The notes beneath the pieces were generated by a model, which worked only from the letters and a program-made list of their open reading frames with translations, was not told the DNA's origin and made no database searches. Both the position numbers and the translations under genes were made by a program. From positions 1 to 64,000 of the forward strand of contig NIVC01000153.1 of assembly GCA_002269645.1 (NCBI GenBank): 64,000 bases of DNA, given 5' to 3'. Below, in pieces: positions 1 to 10,822 of the stretch. This DNA comes from Macrostomum lignano (lineage: Eukaryota). Numbering within the stretch: the stretch's first letter is position 1; each line of letters begins with the position of its first letter.

Positions 1-366
1 TTATAGTGGTTAATTTAAATTTCAAGTTCCTATAAATGTGTGTAAAGCTAAAACAGATTAAGCTTTTTCTCAAATATCCTTGCTGCCAATCTTCCCAATC
101 ATTTTAATGTGATTTGTCCTTTAGTAGTACTCTGTTTCCAAATGCCATTTGTTGTCTTCAATGTATTGTATTCACTGTCTTCCTTGTCTTTAATGTTGAC
201 TATTAGAAAACCCAGATAACAATAGTCTTAGCATTTGTTTCTTTACCTTTCATGTGCCAAGAGCACCCTAGGTTGTTAGTGAGGAGAGAGAAGTGTGAGC
301 GTGAGTGCAGTGAGCGATATTTAAAACGGTCAGGGGAAGGACAAGAAAGTAAAACACCTTGGAAGA

Positions 367-941
367 ATGAGTTCCGGTGGTGATTGTTACAACTGTGGCA
401 AGCCAGGCCACTTTGCGCGCGAGTGTCCTCAGGGTGGCGGTGGTGGCGGTGGAGGCCGCGTGGCTTCCGTGGTGGTCGCGGCGGCGGCGGCGGTGGCAGC
501 GCCTGCTACAACTGCGGCCGTCCAGGTCACTTTGCCCGCGAGTGCACGGAGATGCCTGGCGGAGGCGGTGGCGGTGGCGGCACCTGCTACAATTGTGGCC
601 GCCCAGGTCACTATGCCCGCGACTGCACTGATAGCCCTGGCGGCCCTGGCTTCGGTGGCGGCGGCGGCGGCGGTGGCGGCGGCGCCTGCTACAACTGTGG
701 TCGTCCGGGTCACTTGCTCGCGAATGCCCCGACGGTCCGACGGCAGAGGCGGCTTCGGCGGCGCGGCGGCTTTAGTCGCGGTCGTGGTGGACGCGGAGGC
801 GGCGGCGGCGGGCCGCGCTGCTATCGTTGCAATGGCATTGGTCATATCTCTCGCGATTGCGACAGGCCACAGGCTGAGACCACCTGCTACCGGTGCAACA
901 AGCCCGGTCACATAGCTCGCGACTGCCCGGACAACGCCTGA
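367..941 (+). CDS. CNBP: CNBP-like CCHC zinc-knuckle/RGG protein, copy 1 (6 knuckles, about 192 aa after correcting 4 single-base deletions)
   Basis: Six CxxCxxxxHxxxxC knuckles ([14 protein letters not shown] ... [14 protein letters not shown]) with G/RGG linkers, spread over three frames. Adding one base at about 460, 714, 736 and 763 gives one intronless ORF, ATG367-TGA941 (575+4 = 579 nt). Confidence 0.85.
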
Positions 942-1744
942 GGGGAGTTTTTCCTGAAGGCTTCTTATGTAATGAAACTTTTTTAAATTAGTAAGAATTA
1001 GCTCTGTATTGTAGCGATTTTATATAAGTTGCGGCGGCGAAAACGGACAATGAGCTCCGAACTAGTAACAATAATGCATGTAAGAGCAATGAGATTTTAG
1101 AACAGCTCGAAAGCTGCCTTAATGACTGACTTCTTTTGAAAGTTTTTAGTACATATTGACAGTTAGCAAAACTAACTATGTAACCCATTATTGATGTCTC
1201 TCCTAAAGATTGTAAGCCAAAAAATCCCATTGATAAACTAGCGGGATACATACCAATCTAATTTAATTGGAATGAACTAAGTATTTGTATTTTATCCTTT
1301 CTTCAATAAGGATTTTTCAACACGCTGCTGTTCATGTTATTGTTTTCTTTCTACATTTGTTAAGATTTCTACATCTGTTACGATCTTATTGACTGACTGT
1401 TTAATAGTTTGCTTCCCATGTTTTAATTGGGCGTTGTTTGTTTAAGGCAGAAATTAGTGTGTGTGGCTCTTATTAGTTAATGTTGACTCGGGCATGTCTA
1501 GCTCATGAGCTACGGCCTTTTTGTAAGTTAAAACTCATTCTGTTTTTATTATCTTACTCTCTTTTACGAGTATATTCTTAGTACTGCACTACTCAACTTA
1601 TTGAAAAGCTAAGCCTTGAAACCAAATAAACTAATGAAGAAAGACAATTTAAAATCAAATTACTCCGGTATTTGGAGTGTTCTGATTTAAATTTAATTAT
1701 TTTTGTTAGTGAAACTGTTGGTTTAAATTAGTATAAATCTAATC

Positions 1745-2250
1745 GTAGCTTGCGCCCCTCTGTAACTGGCGCTTCTTCCGTAGCTGGCGCCTCATCTGCA
1801 GCTTGCGCTCCTCTGTAGCTGGCGCTTCTTCCGTAGCTGGCGCCTCCTCTGTAGCTGGCGCTTCTTCCGTAGCTGGCGCCTCCTCTGTAGCTGGCGCTTC
1901 TTCCGTAGCTGGCGCCTCATCTGCAGCTTGCGCTCCTCTGTAGCTGGCGCCTCCTCTGAAGCTGGCGCTTCTTCCGTAGCTGGCGTTTCTTCCGTAGCTG
2001 GCGCTTCTTCCGTAGCTGGCGCCTCCTCTGTAGCTGGCGCTTCTTACGTAGCTGGTGTCCGCTCTGTAGCTGGCGCCCCATCTGTAGCTGACGCCCCTAT
2101 GTAACTGGCGCCGTCTCTGTATCTGGCGCCCCCTCTGTAACTGGCGCCCCTCTGTAGCTGGCGCCCCCTCTGTAACTTGCACATCCTCTGTAACTAGCGC
2201 CCCCTTTGTAACTGGCGCCCCCTCTGTAGCTGGCGCCTTCTCCATAGTAG
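1745..2250. repeat. 18-bp minisatellite (GTAGCTGGCGCCTCCTCT-type)
   Basis: Tandem units visible directly between the two CNBP genes. Confidence 0.9.
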
Positions 2251-2704
2251 CTGTCGCTCCTTACGAGTTATTCGGGGCCGTCGGTCAAATATATGGCGGA
2301 GAATTCTCGTAGGCCTGCATCAGATTTTCCGTGTGTTCCCGTCATGGTAGCAAACGTCTGAATCATGCTTTGATCTCGTACGAACTCTCAGCTTGAATCG
2401 AAGGTAGACTTCAGAAGAGCTGAGTCATTGATCTTTCACTGAAGTGATGTTTACTCTCGCCTTTTATCCATACAATCCGGTCTGCGTAGATTTTCTAGAG
2501 ACTAGAATAAATACCTAAGATAGTACTAGTAGTAAGCGCACAAAATTACACCAAAGTGCTTTCTAATGAGCTTAGCCTGTATATTCCAGTCCAGGGTCGC
2601 GAGGCCGTGCAGAGCTATTGTGCGAGCGTAAGCGAAACAGTTGCGAGAAGATTTGATTGATATTTATTTGAAAGTATTGTGAGAGAGCGAGAAAGCGAAC
2701 GAGT

Positions 2705-3189
2705 ATGAGCTCTGGTGGCGCATGCTATAACTGTGGCAAGCCCGGTCACTTTTCGCGCGAGTGTCCGCAGGGCGGCGGAGGCTACCGTGGCGGTGGCGGC
2801 GGAGGCTACCGTGGCGGTGGCGGCGGCGGCGGCGGAGGCTACCGTGGTGGTGGCGGCGGCGGCGGCGGCGGCGGAGGCGGCTCTTGCTACAACTGCGGCC
2901 AACCCGGCCATTTCGCTCGCGAGTGCACCGAGAGCCCTGGCGGCGGCGGTGGCGGCCGCGGTGGTTTCGGCGGTGGCGGCTACGGCCGCGGCGGCGGCGG
3001 CGGCGGCTACGGCCGCGGTGGAGGTCGCGGCGGCGGCGGCGGCGCGGCGGCGGGTACGGAATGCGCTGCTACCGTTGCAATGGCGAGGGCCATATGGCCC
3101 GCGACTGCGACCAGCCCCAGGCCGAGTCCACCTGCTACAAGTGCAACAAGCCCGGTCATTTTGCTCGCGAGTGTCCGGATAATGCTTGA
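2705..3189 (+). CDS. CNBP: CNBP-like CCHC zinc-knuckle/RGG protein, copy 2 (4 knuckles, about 161 aa after one correction)
   Basis: [20 protein letters not shown]... in the 2705 frame; [14 protein letters not shown] and [18 protein letters not shown] in the 2761 frame. One missing base at about 3043 joins them. Termini nearly identical to copy 1 (MSSGG..., ...CPDNA). Confidence 0.88.
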
Positions 3190-5210
3190 ATGGCTCAGTA
3201 AGCAAAGACAATTATTAAGAGGAATAGTTAAAGAGAACTGGGGCGACTGTTATTTTGTCCGGTCCTTGGTCACATGCAGTTGCAACTGAGTGGTAAGAGA
3301 CGAGCTACAGTTTAAATGAATGTAACATTGTTTTTAACCCATCTACCCCCCAAAACAAGCTAATTTTATAGTCCTGAGCAGGTATGCTTTAGGGCAGAAA
3401 TTTGAAAATTTGTCTTTTTTTTATATTTTTGCTTAATTTCCAGTAGTACAAGTATATATTAAGTGAAGGTGAGCAGTGAAAAGGGGCGTTGGATAATCTG
3501 TGTTTTTTCGATTTAAATTTTATTAATTCGTTGTTAGTAATAAAACTGATTCTAAAATGATTTATTATAGCTAGGCGTTTCATTAGCGATTCGGGCGCTA
3601 TAAGTAAAGATCAGATGAGTTTAAAGGCCTGCGCTGTTTATTATCGTACACTTTGGGGCTGTACTTTTATCGGTATTATAGATTATTTATTTATTTATTT
3701 CATTATTTGGAGCGTTATTGGTTTTTGTCAGTATAGAAGCGACAGAAGAAGCTGGAGGTTTTGCAGTTCTGTGCCCTTTTTGGCTTGAAGTTTTTTCCCT
3801 ATAGCCAACTCCGGTGCGAGCGCTGAATTCGTAATTAATATGCATTATTATTATTATTATTGTTATTATTATTATTATTATTTATGGGCCTGTAATTGTT
3901 CAGTTCAGAGCCGTTTTAGTTCGTTTTGGCATTGCATGCATTTTGTTTTGTTTTTTTCTTATTTCTATTTAATAATACTAATAATAGTAGTCGGTTAATA
4001 ATGCTGTTTTTTCTTGACGCTATTAGTTTTGAAATTGGAAGGTTCGATAAGATGGTCGCATTGCTATCTATACACTATTGGCAGCTTTTCAGTCGCTGTA
4101 ACTACTTATTATTTACTATATATATCGTTTACTACATTCTTACTCTGAAAATGCATAAGTTGCAGTGCCCTATTTATTACTAGGTATATATCCTATACCT
4201 AGTAGGAGGAGTAGTAGGTAGGAGGAGTACCTATACCTAGTAGGAGGAGTAGTAGGTATATATACTCGTAGCTAACTAAGCGTAACAAGGTACTGTGTCT
4301 AAAGTAACGGCCAAGGTCGGGGCAGACTGAACACACGCAGCATCAGAAAATTATGTATTTTATTTGCCTTTTTCATTATCATTAATTGTATACCAATAGG
4401 CGCTTGTTGCACCAGTTATCTTTGAGTAGGAATGGCAGCTGTCTGCATTCCGTAGCATGTTGGACAGCTTTAACTAAGCGGTCCTGTTCGAAACCTGTTT
4501 TGTTATCTTTTGTAAATGTAGAAATTTAAAACTCGTCCCTGCTTCAAATTCAATAATAAATTCATTTATTTCACTGTTTCGACGGTTGGATAATAAAAAT
4601 AACAACTAATGATAAATCTATATCGGTCTTGTCAATAAAATCAGCTTCTTATATGCGAACTCAATAACGACTGTTTGCTAGAACTTTACTTGTGTTGTCG
4701 GTCGCTGGTATATATAATAAACCGTGGCGCAATTCTGCCCATTCCCCTGACTCGAGCGCATGCAAGCGCGCTAACACAGGATGTACAGCGACCCTGACGG
4801 CGGGTGGCTCTCATGGATGTGAATCGCACAGCCCACTGGCCAATATTGTCCTTCGATCTTGTGGGAGGGTCCCAGGATAAAGAGAGAGAGAGAGAGGTAG
4901 ATAAAACGGGGATTTGTACGAGCGTATCAACTTTTTAATAGGTCTAATGAAGTTTAAACTGTCTTAGCAGGAGTCTTCAAAAATACAACGTAGATTTTGG
5001 CGTCAATATACTCGTATTTCGGCGTTTGTTTTACTCTACTAAACAAGTCTGACGAAAAATTGGTTATTGTGCCGACTTCAAGGGCTCATCAATTTCTGTT
5101 GCTTATGCGTGTGTACGAGCCGTACATTTTAGAAGTCCTTGCAATCCTTGAATACAAGCACGAGTATGCAGAATTGTGCACTGTACATACCAATGCAGTG
5201 TACAGTGAAT

Positions 5211-7339
5211 TCACAAACGCACATCGATTCGACCTGGAAATTGCGACATCAGTCTAGTCAGATTGAGCCACTGACGCTGCTCTGAAGATGCGCCGTCCGT
5301 CGTTCTGCTGCTGCTGAGAATTGAGTCGCTGCTATCGGCGTCCAAGGTTGTGTAGGCCAGGTGCAGAAAGTCGTGCTCGGCCACCACCCAGTTGTCCGTT
5401 TCCGACGTTCTATCCGCTGAGGACGCCGATTTGAGCAGGATATCTTCCAGATGCTCGGAGCAGAACTCGGCAACGCGAGCCCGTCTGACCAGCGGCACTC
5501 GGACCGGTTGCTTAGCAACGGTGTCGCACAGCTCGCGCATGCGGCTCAGCTGGCTGGGATCAGTGTAGGGCATTGTGTATTCCGGCTCCATTAGGCACAC
5601 TCGACACTTGGCCAGCTGCCAATTGCAGGGCGGCTGGCGCTGGTACTGGCGGAGCAGGCGGTGCAGCATGACCGGGCCTGGCGGTTTGAGTCAAGGACTA
5701 CTAGAAGTTCGCGTTTCTCGTTATATTCTCGTTTGATAGGAAATTATTAGATGGCCAAGCTTCATAAAGCGATTCGAAAGACAATTTCGAATGTAGTTAA
5801 GTAGTTAAGAAAAAATGTTAACAATAATATCACAGACATTAATAAAACAAGTAATATAAAATATTTTACTAAATAAACAAATAAAGTAATATTTCAAGGA
5901 TATAACTTTACTTAAATTATAATTAAATAATATAATATAAAAAATTAAACAAACAAGCATTTTGATTCTTTTGATATAAAGTATTGTAAAAGCCGATTTA
6001 AATAATCATCGGTGCTAATACATGTATACTGGAATAAATATTATATAGTAATATTCTGTTATTTTTACTGCTAGTAAAGTATCAAGAAAATGTCTATTGT
6101 TGGTTTTTGTCATCGAAATTTCAACTAACCTTTCTTTCTTGCTTGCTTACCAGACTCTAAGAAAAGAAAAAAGAAAAAGAAGAAAAAGAACCTAAGAAGG
6201 GTCGGTCTTAGTAACCATTTTAGAAGTCCTTGGCGCCGCCGTAGAACTCACCAGTCAGCCTGCTGGCGTGGAATCCCTGCCTGCGCCTCAGCCTCTCCGC
6301 CTCGCTGCCCTGGCTGGACTCGTGCCAGGCCAGGTAGAGCGGCAGCTTGCGCAGCAGGTAGAGCATGAACTCGTGCCCAGGTTGGCAGGCCATCAGCGCG
6401 TTGCTGGGCAAACTGGCCAGGCCATACAGCAGCACAGCGTGCGCCTTCGGTTCCTGGCCGAGGTAGCAACCGCAGGCGCCAACAGCGCCGAGACGAATGG
6501 CCAGGCCGTCCAAATACTCGGTCAGCGGCCGTCTGAGGAGCATTGGAATATAATGGATATGTTATTTAAAGTCCTCCTAACCCATGGCGCCTCATTAACT
6601 CCCATGGCATGTCATTAACTCCCATGGCGCCTTATTAACTCCCATGGCGCCTCAATAACTCCCATGGCGCCTTACTAACTCCCATGGCGCCTCAATAACT
6701 CCCATGGCGCCTTATTAACTCCCATGGCGCCTCATTAACTCCCATGGCGCCTTATTAACTCCCATGGCGCCTCATTAACTCCCACGGCGCCTCATTAACT
6801 CCCATTGGCGCTTCACCGTCGGCTACCATGGCGTCTCATTAACTCTAATGGCAGCCCATAATTGTGTCGAATGGCGCATCACAGCTACCTCCAAAAATTC
6901 AGGTATTATGTACATGTACATGCATCACATGTCACAACATGGTCGCACCTGACCCTCACGTCCATATCAGCATAGAGTCCGCCAAACTCAAGCAGCAGGA
7001 AATAGCGCGATACATCGGAGAATTCCAGCCGGGACCTCAGCAGGCTGGCTGTCCAGTTCGCAGCCTCTGGGTAGCGGCCTCGAATCAGTTGTCGCAAGGC
7101 CGAGTCCGTCCAGAGGCGGTACTCGTGGCTCGGATGCACCGACAGCCAGGAAGTCACGTAATCAGCATAAGCTACCGGGATGCGGCCGGACCCGGCTGCC
7201 ATCTGATGAATGACAGCCGGTATGCCGCGGCTGTCGAACCGTTTGTTGATAGCAGAAAGTAGCGAGCAAAGTAGAAGCTGAGCAAGGACGATACCGGCCA
7301 CAGCTGCAGCAGCTGGGGCCGCCACATCCGCAGCCTCAT
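5211..7339 (-). CDS. Glycosyltransferase family 32 (DXD; SUR1/OCH1/IPC-mannosyltransferase-like)
   Basis: Exons 7339-6949, 6532-6252, 5677-5211, GT-AG with matching phases (2, 1). Motifs IPAVIHQ, HPSHEYRLWTD, SDVSRYFLLLEFGGLYADMDV (DXD), QPGHEF, TGPVML. The start needs a 1-nt correction near 7325-7339 or an upstream exon. Confidence 0.8.
6581..6850. repeat. 20-bp minisatellite (CCCATGGCGCCTCATTAACT) in GT32 intron 1
   Basis: About 13 tandem units visible. Confidence 0.9.
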
Positions 7340-8040
7340 TGCCTGCAGCAGCGGCCTACTGCCTCCGTTTCCTATACGTTATACACAAGCCGTATTTATA
7401 TGAAATGGATTTTGCCGCACCGGGAAATGAAAGAGTCACCTATAAGCAGCTTCTCCCATTGTTAGTAAAGTGTGTGCATTTTCTCCCCCCCCCTCCCTCC
7501 TCACTCAGGATGGCGGCCGGCCTGTGGCGCGAGGGTGACTCTGCTGTATTGTCCGGCTTTCCAATTTCCCTTGTTTGCCGATCCTCTCTTCTGCTTTCCC
7601 CAATATCTCTGTTTCCTGCAGCAATCGGAGCTGCGCAGACTGCCCTGCAGGACAGTCCAGTCCCGCGTTTCAATATTATTCTCTTCTTGGGCCATTGGCA
7701 ATATGTGTACACGTATGTATGTCTCTCGGTCGGAAAATTTCCTTTCTTAAATTTTTTATAAAGCTTCATGGTTTTACATGTATGCGAAAAATACACCAAC
7801 AGAGATAGAATCTTTTCGGTCTTAACGGAAAACAAAAGATAAAATGCTAAAATTCCGGTAGTGTCTGTTTTTTATTACATCATGTACTTTTTTGCTTTTT
7901 GTAAACAGCTAATTATTTTTAGAGTCGTTTTCAATTGCTCATAATTTTTGTTCCTAGCTTAAATAGAGAGGTGTTTAGACAGACAGGCTGACAAACAGAC
8001 TGAGAGACAACTCAAGAAGTCGACATGTATACATGTATGG

Positions 8041-10822
8041 TCAGTGTTGCGCACAATTTCGATACTCCGATACTATCGGCGATACCTTTTTGACAGTATC
8101 GGACTTCGGTAACTTCCGATACAATTTTCAAATTTTCCCGATAGTCCGATACTATCGAAATTTTGAGCATGCAAACAATCAAAATTTCGTTAAAATGAAT
8201 GAAATAGTTGCATAATTTTACAAAAAGTAATGATAAATACTTCACTTTTAGGTCAATGAAGCTGAAATAATAATTATTTTCGTCCTTAAAACCGGTTTTA
8301 AGAACTTTTTAAAACTGCCTGGGCCATATATACCTTATCAATTAGTTAGTAGTAATTTAGTTTTATATATAGATTAGTAAAAAATTATCATCAAAATGGT
8401 ATTATTTACTCAATTTTCATGCAGCAAGTTCTGCAACACTGTCACAGCCGACACTGCCAACTCTGATTGCCGATGGATTCTACAATTTCTTCAATAGTAA
8501 ATACACGATTACTTAGTGAACGAAGCGTTCAAGCAAACAGTCAGCAATAAATAAATAAATCCACTATTTTGGGCGCATATACTGCTGGGCGAGGCCAAGT
8601 TGAATAAAGGAAGAGAAGTGACGCGATTTACTTATTTTTACATGTACATGTACATGTATAGAGAGCGGAGGGGCAAAGTGTTGCCCAATCAGAGGTAAGG
8701 CTTTAAAGTCTGTACATCGGCTTAGACCATTCCGTCTGGCTGGCTGGCCACATGTACATGTAAGTGCACCCAACCAGCGGTGTCAGAACCGCGGGGGGGG
8801 GGGGGCTGGAGCCCCCCACTTTTTAGTATGATCCTGCAAGTGCCCTTTTTTAATTTCAAGCAAGTGTCGGCCGGTTTTCGGCTTTGGCTTTTCTGAATTT
8901 TGGAAGCTAAGGGTACAAGCTGATATAATACATGTAGTTCATCCTGTTCTCAATCCCATTCCACTACAGTTTTTATCTAATGTGTCTAAGCCTAGTGCTT
9001 TAAGTGCAGGGGTCAGCAAACTTTTTACCTCAAGGGCCAGATTGAGAACCCAGCGCATGACTGCCCTTCTGGGTCAGCTTCGCTGGGCCCCCTAAGTGAA
9101 GCGCGCGCCCAGGAGTCTCTGATTGGGTCCATGAGATTTGCCCGCAATGCTTTTTTCCTGCAGCGCATTTGTCTGCATTGCCCCCCGCAAAATATGATGC
9201 ATTTGATATGCAGTTGCTATCAAAACGTTTTGATCGTGTAAATCTCTGTATTAAGACTTACTAAGTATTGGGGAGGCAATGCAGACAGAATATAGCTGCC
9301 AAACCGTGTACGACGTATGGTATTGATAGAAACTATGCGAATGATCTATGTGAAGCAGGAATGCACTTTACCATTGGAAACTGGCTAAATATGCACATGG
9401 TAACACCCTATGGATTCATTTTTTCGGCAACTGAGTGGCTCACTTTCAGGAGTCCCGAAAAAGGGGGGTCAGAGGGGGCAACCGCCCTCTCTCAAACAAC
9501 GCTCAACTGTACAGAGCAACTCAGCTAGGGGAGGTCAAGGTGTTCAAAGACAACAGGGAAGAATAAAGTCCCTCTTGCGGTACCAAAATAATGCCATAAT
9601 CTGAGAGGAGAGGAGAGATGTGAGGAGAGGAGAGGAGGAAGGGAGATGAGAGGAGAGTAGAGGAGAAAGGTGAGTAGATGAGAGGAGAGGAGAGGAGAGG
9701 AGAGGAGAGGAGAGGAGAGGAGAGGAGAGGAGAGGAGAGGAGAGGAGAGGAGAGGAGAGGAGAGGAGAGGAGAGGAGAGGAGAGGAGAGGAGAGGAGAGG
9801 AGAGGAGAGGAGAGGAGAGGAGAGGAGAGGAGAGGAGAGGAGAGGAGAGAGGAGAGGAGAGGAGAGGAGAGGAGAGGAAGGAGAGGAGAGGAGAGGAGAG
9901 GAGAGGAGAGGAGATAGGTGAGTAGATGAGAGGAGAGGAGATGAGAGGAGAGTAGAGGAGATAGGTGAGGAGAGGAAGGAGAGGAGAGGAGAGGAGAGGA
10001 GAGGAGAGGAGAGGAGAGGAGAGGAGAGGAGAGGAGAGGAGAGGAGAGGAGAGGAGAGGAGAGGAGAGGAGAGAAGAGGAGAGGAGAGAAGAGGAGAGGA
10101 GAGGAGAGGAGAGGAGAGGAGAGGAGAGGAGAGGAGAGGAGAGGAGAGGAGAGGAGAGAAGAGGAGAGGAGAGAAGAGGAGAGGAGAGGAGAGGAGAGGA
10201 GAGGAGAGGAGAGGAGAGGAGAGGAGAGGAGAGGAGATGAGAGAAGTGAGGAGAGGAGAGGAGAGGAGAGGAGAGGAGAGGAGAGGAGATGAGAGAAGTG
10301 AGGAGAGGAGAGGAGAGGAGAGGAGAGGAGAGGAGAGGAGATGAGAGGAGATAGGTGAGTAGATGAGTGGAGAGGAGAGGACAGGAGAGGAGAGAGTATG
10401 AGAAGAGAGAGGTGAGGGAAGAGAGCTGAGAAGAGACACAAACATCGAGCGGGCCGAATTGCTGTTGTGAAGATTCAAAGGACGACCCAAGGGCCGGATA
10501 GACCCGCATAGCAAAATTACGTATCCAATAGAAAGTGGGACGTCTCCGATACGTAACTTTTTTGGTTGCAGGAACGTCCTTGATACATATCCAATTTTTA
10601 TGATCCTCTAAAGAAGCTCATTTCTACAAAAATGGTGAACAGATAATGCTTGTAATTTTATTGATTATTTATATAAATAAAGTATCGGTATTAGGGTATC
10701 GGCGATACTCAAATTTGGGTATCGGACTTGCAGGTATAGTACTTTTTTCAGAAAGGGTATCGATCGGAGTACATGTATCGGTTTTCACCGATACTTTTTT
10801 TGAGTATCGTGCGCAACACTTT
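8041..10822. mobile_element. Putative non-autonomous hAT-like composite element
   Basis: Inverted ends AGTGTTGCGCAC (8043-8054) / GTGCGCAACACT (10809-10820). Clustered CGATAC/GTATCG subterminal motifs at both ends. Flanks ATGTATGG / GTGTATGG (7/8 match). No transposase ORF. Confidence 0.55.
9603..10430. repeat. (GGAGA)n purine microsatellite
   Basis: Directly visible; explains ORFs 9521-10514. Confidence 0.95.

Noticed and set aside
1739-2245. Minus-strand ORF with EEAPAT repeats resembling a repetitive surface protein
   Set aside because: The repeat frame is broken by indels and by in-frame TAG (about 2100) and TAA (about 2045); better explained as an 18-bp minisatellite.
429-3211. Ala-rich or Arg-rich ORFs overlapping the CNBP genes on both strands
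   Set aside because: Shadow frames of (GGC)n glycine codons.
9521-10514. Long SSPLL / RGEER ORFs (also 35264-36285)
   Set aside because: Translations of GA microsatellites.
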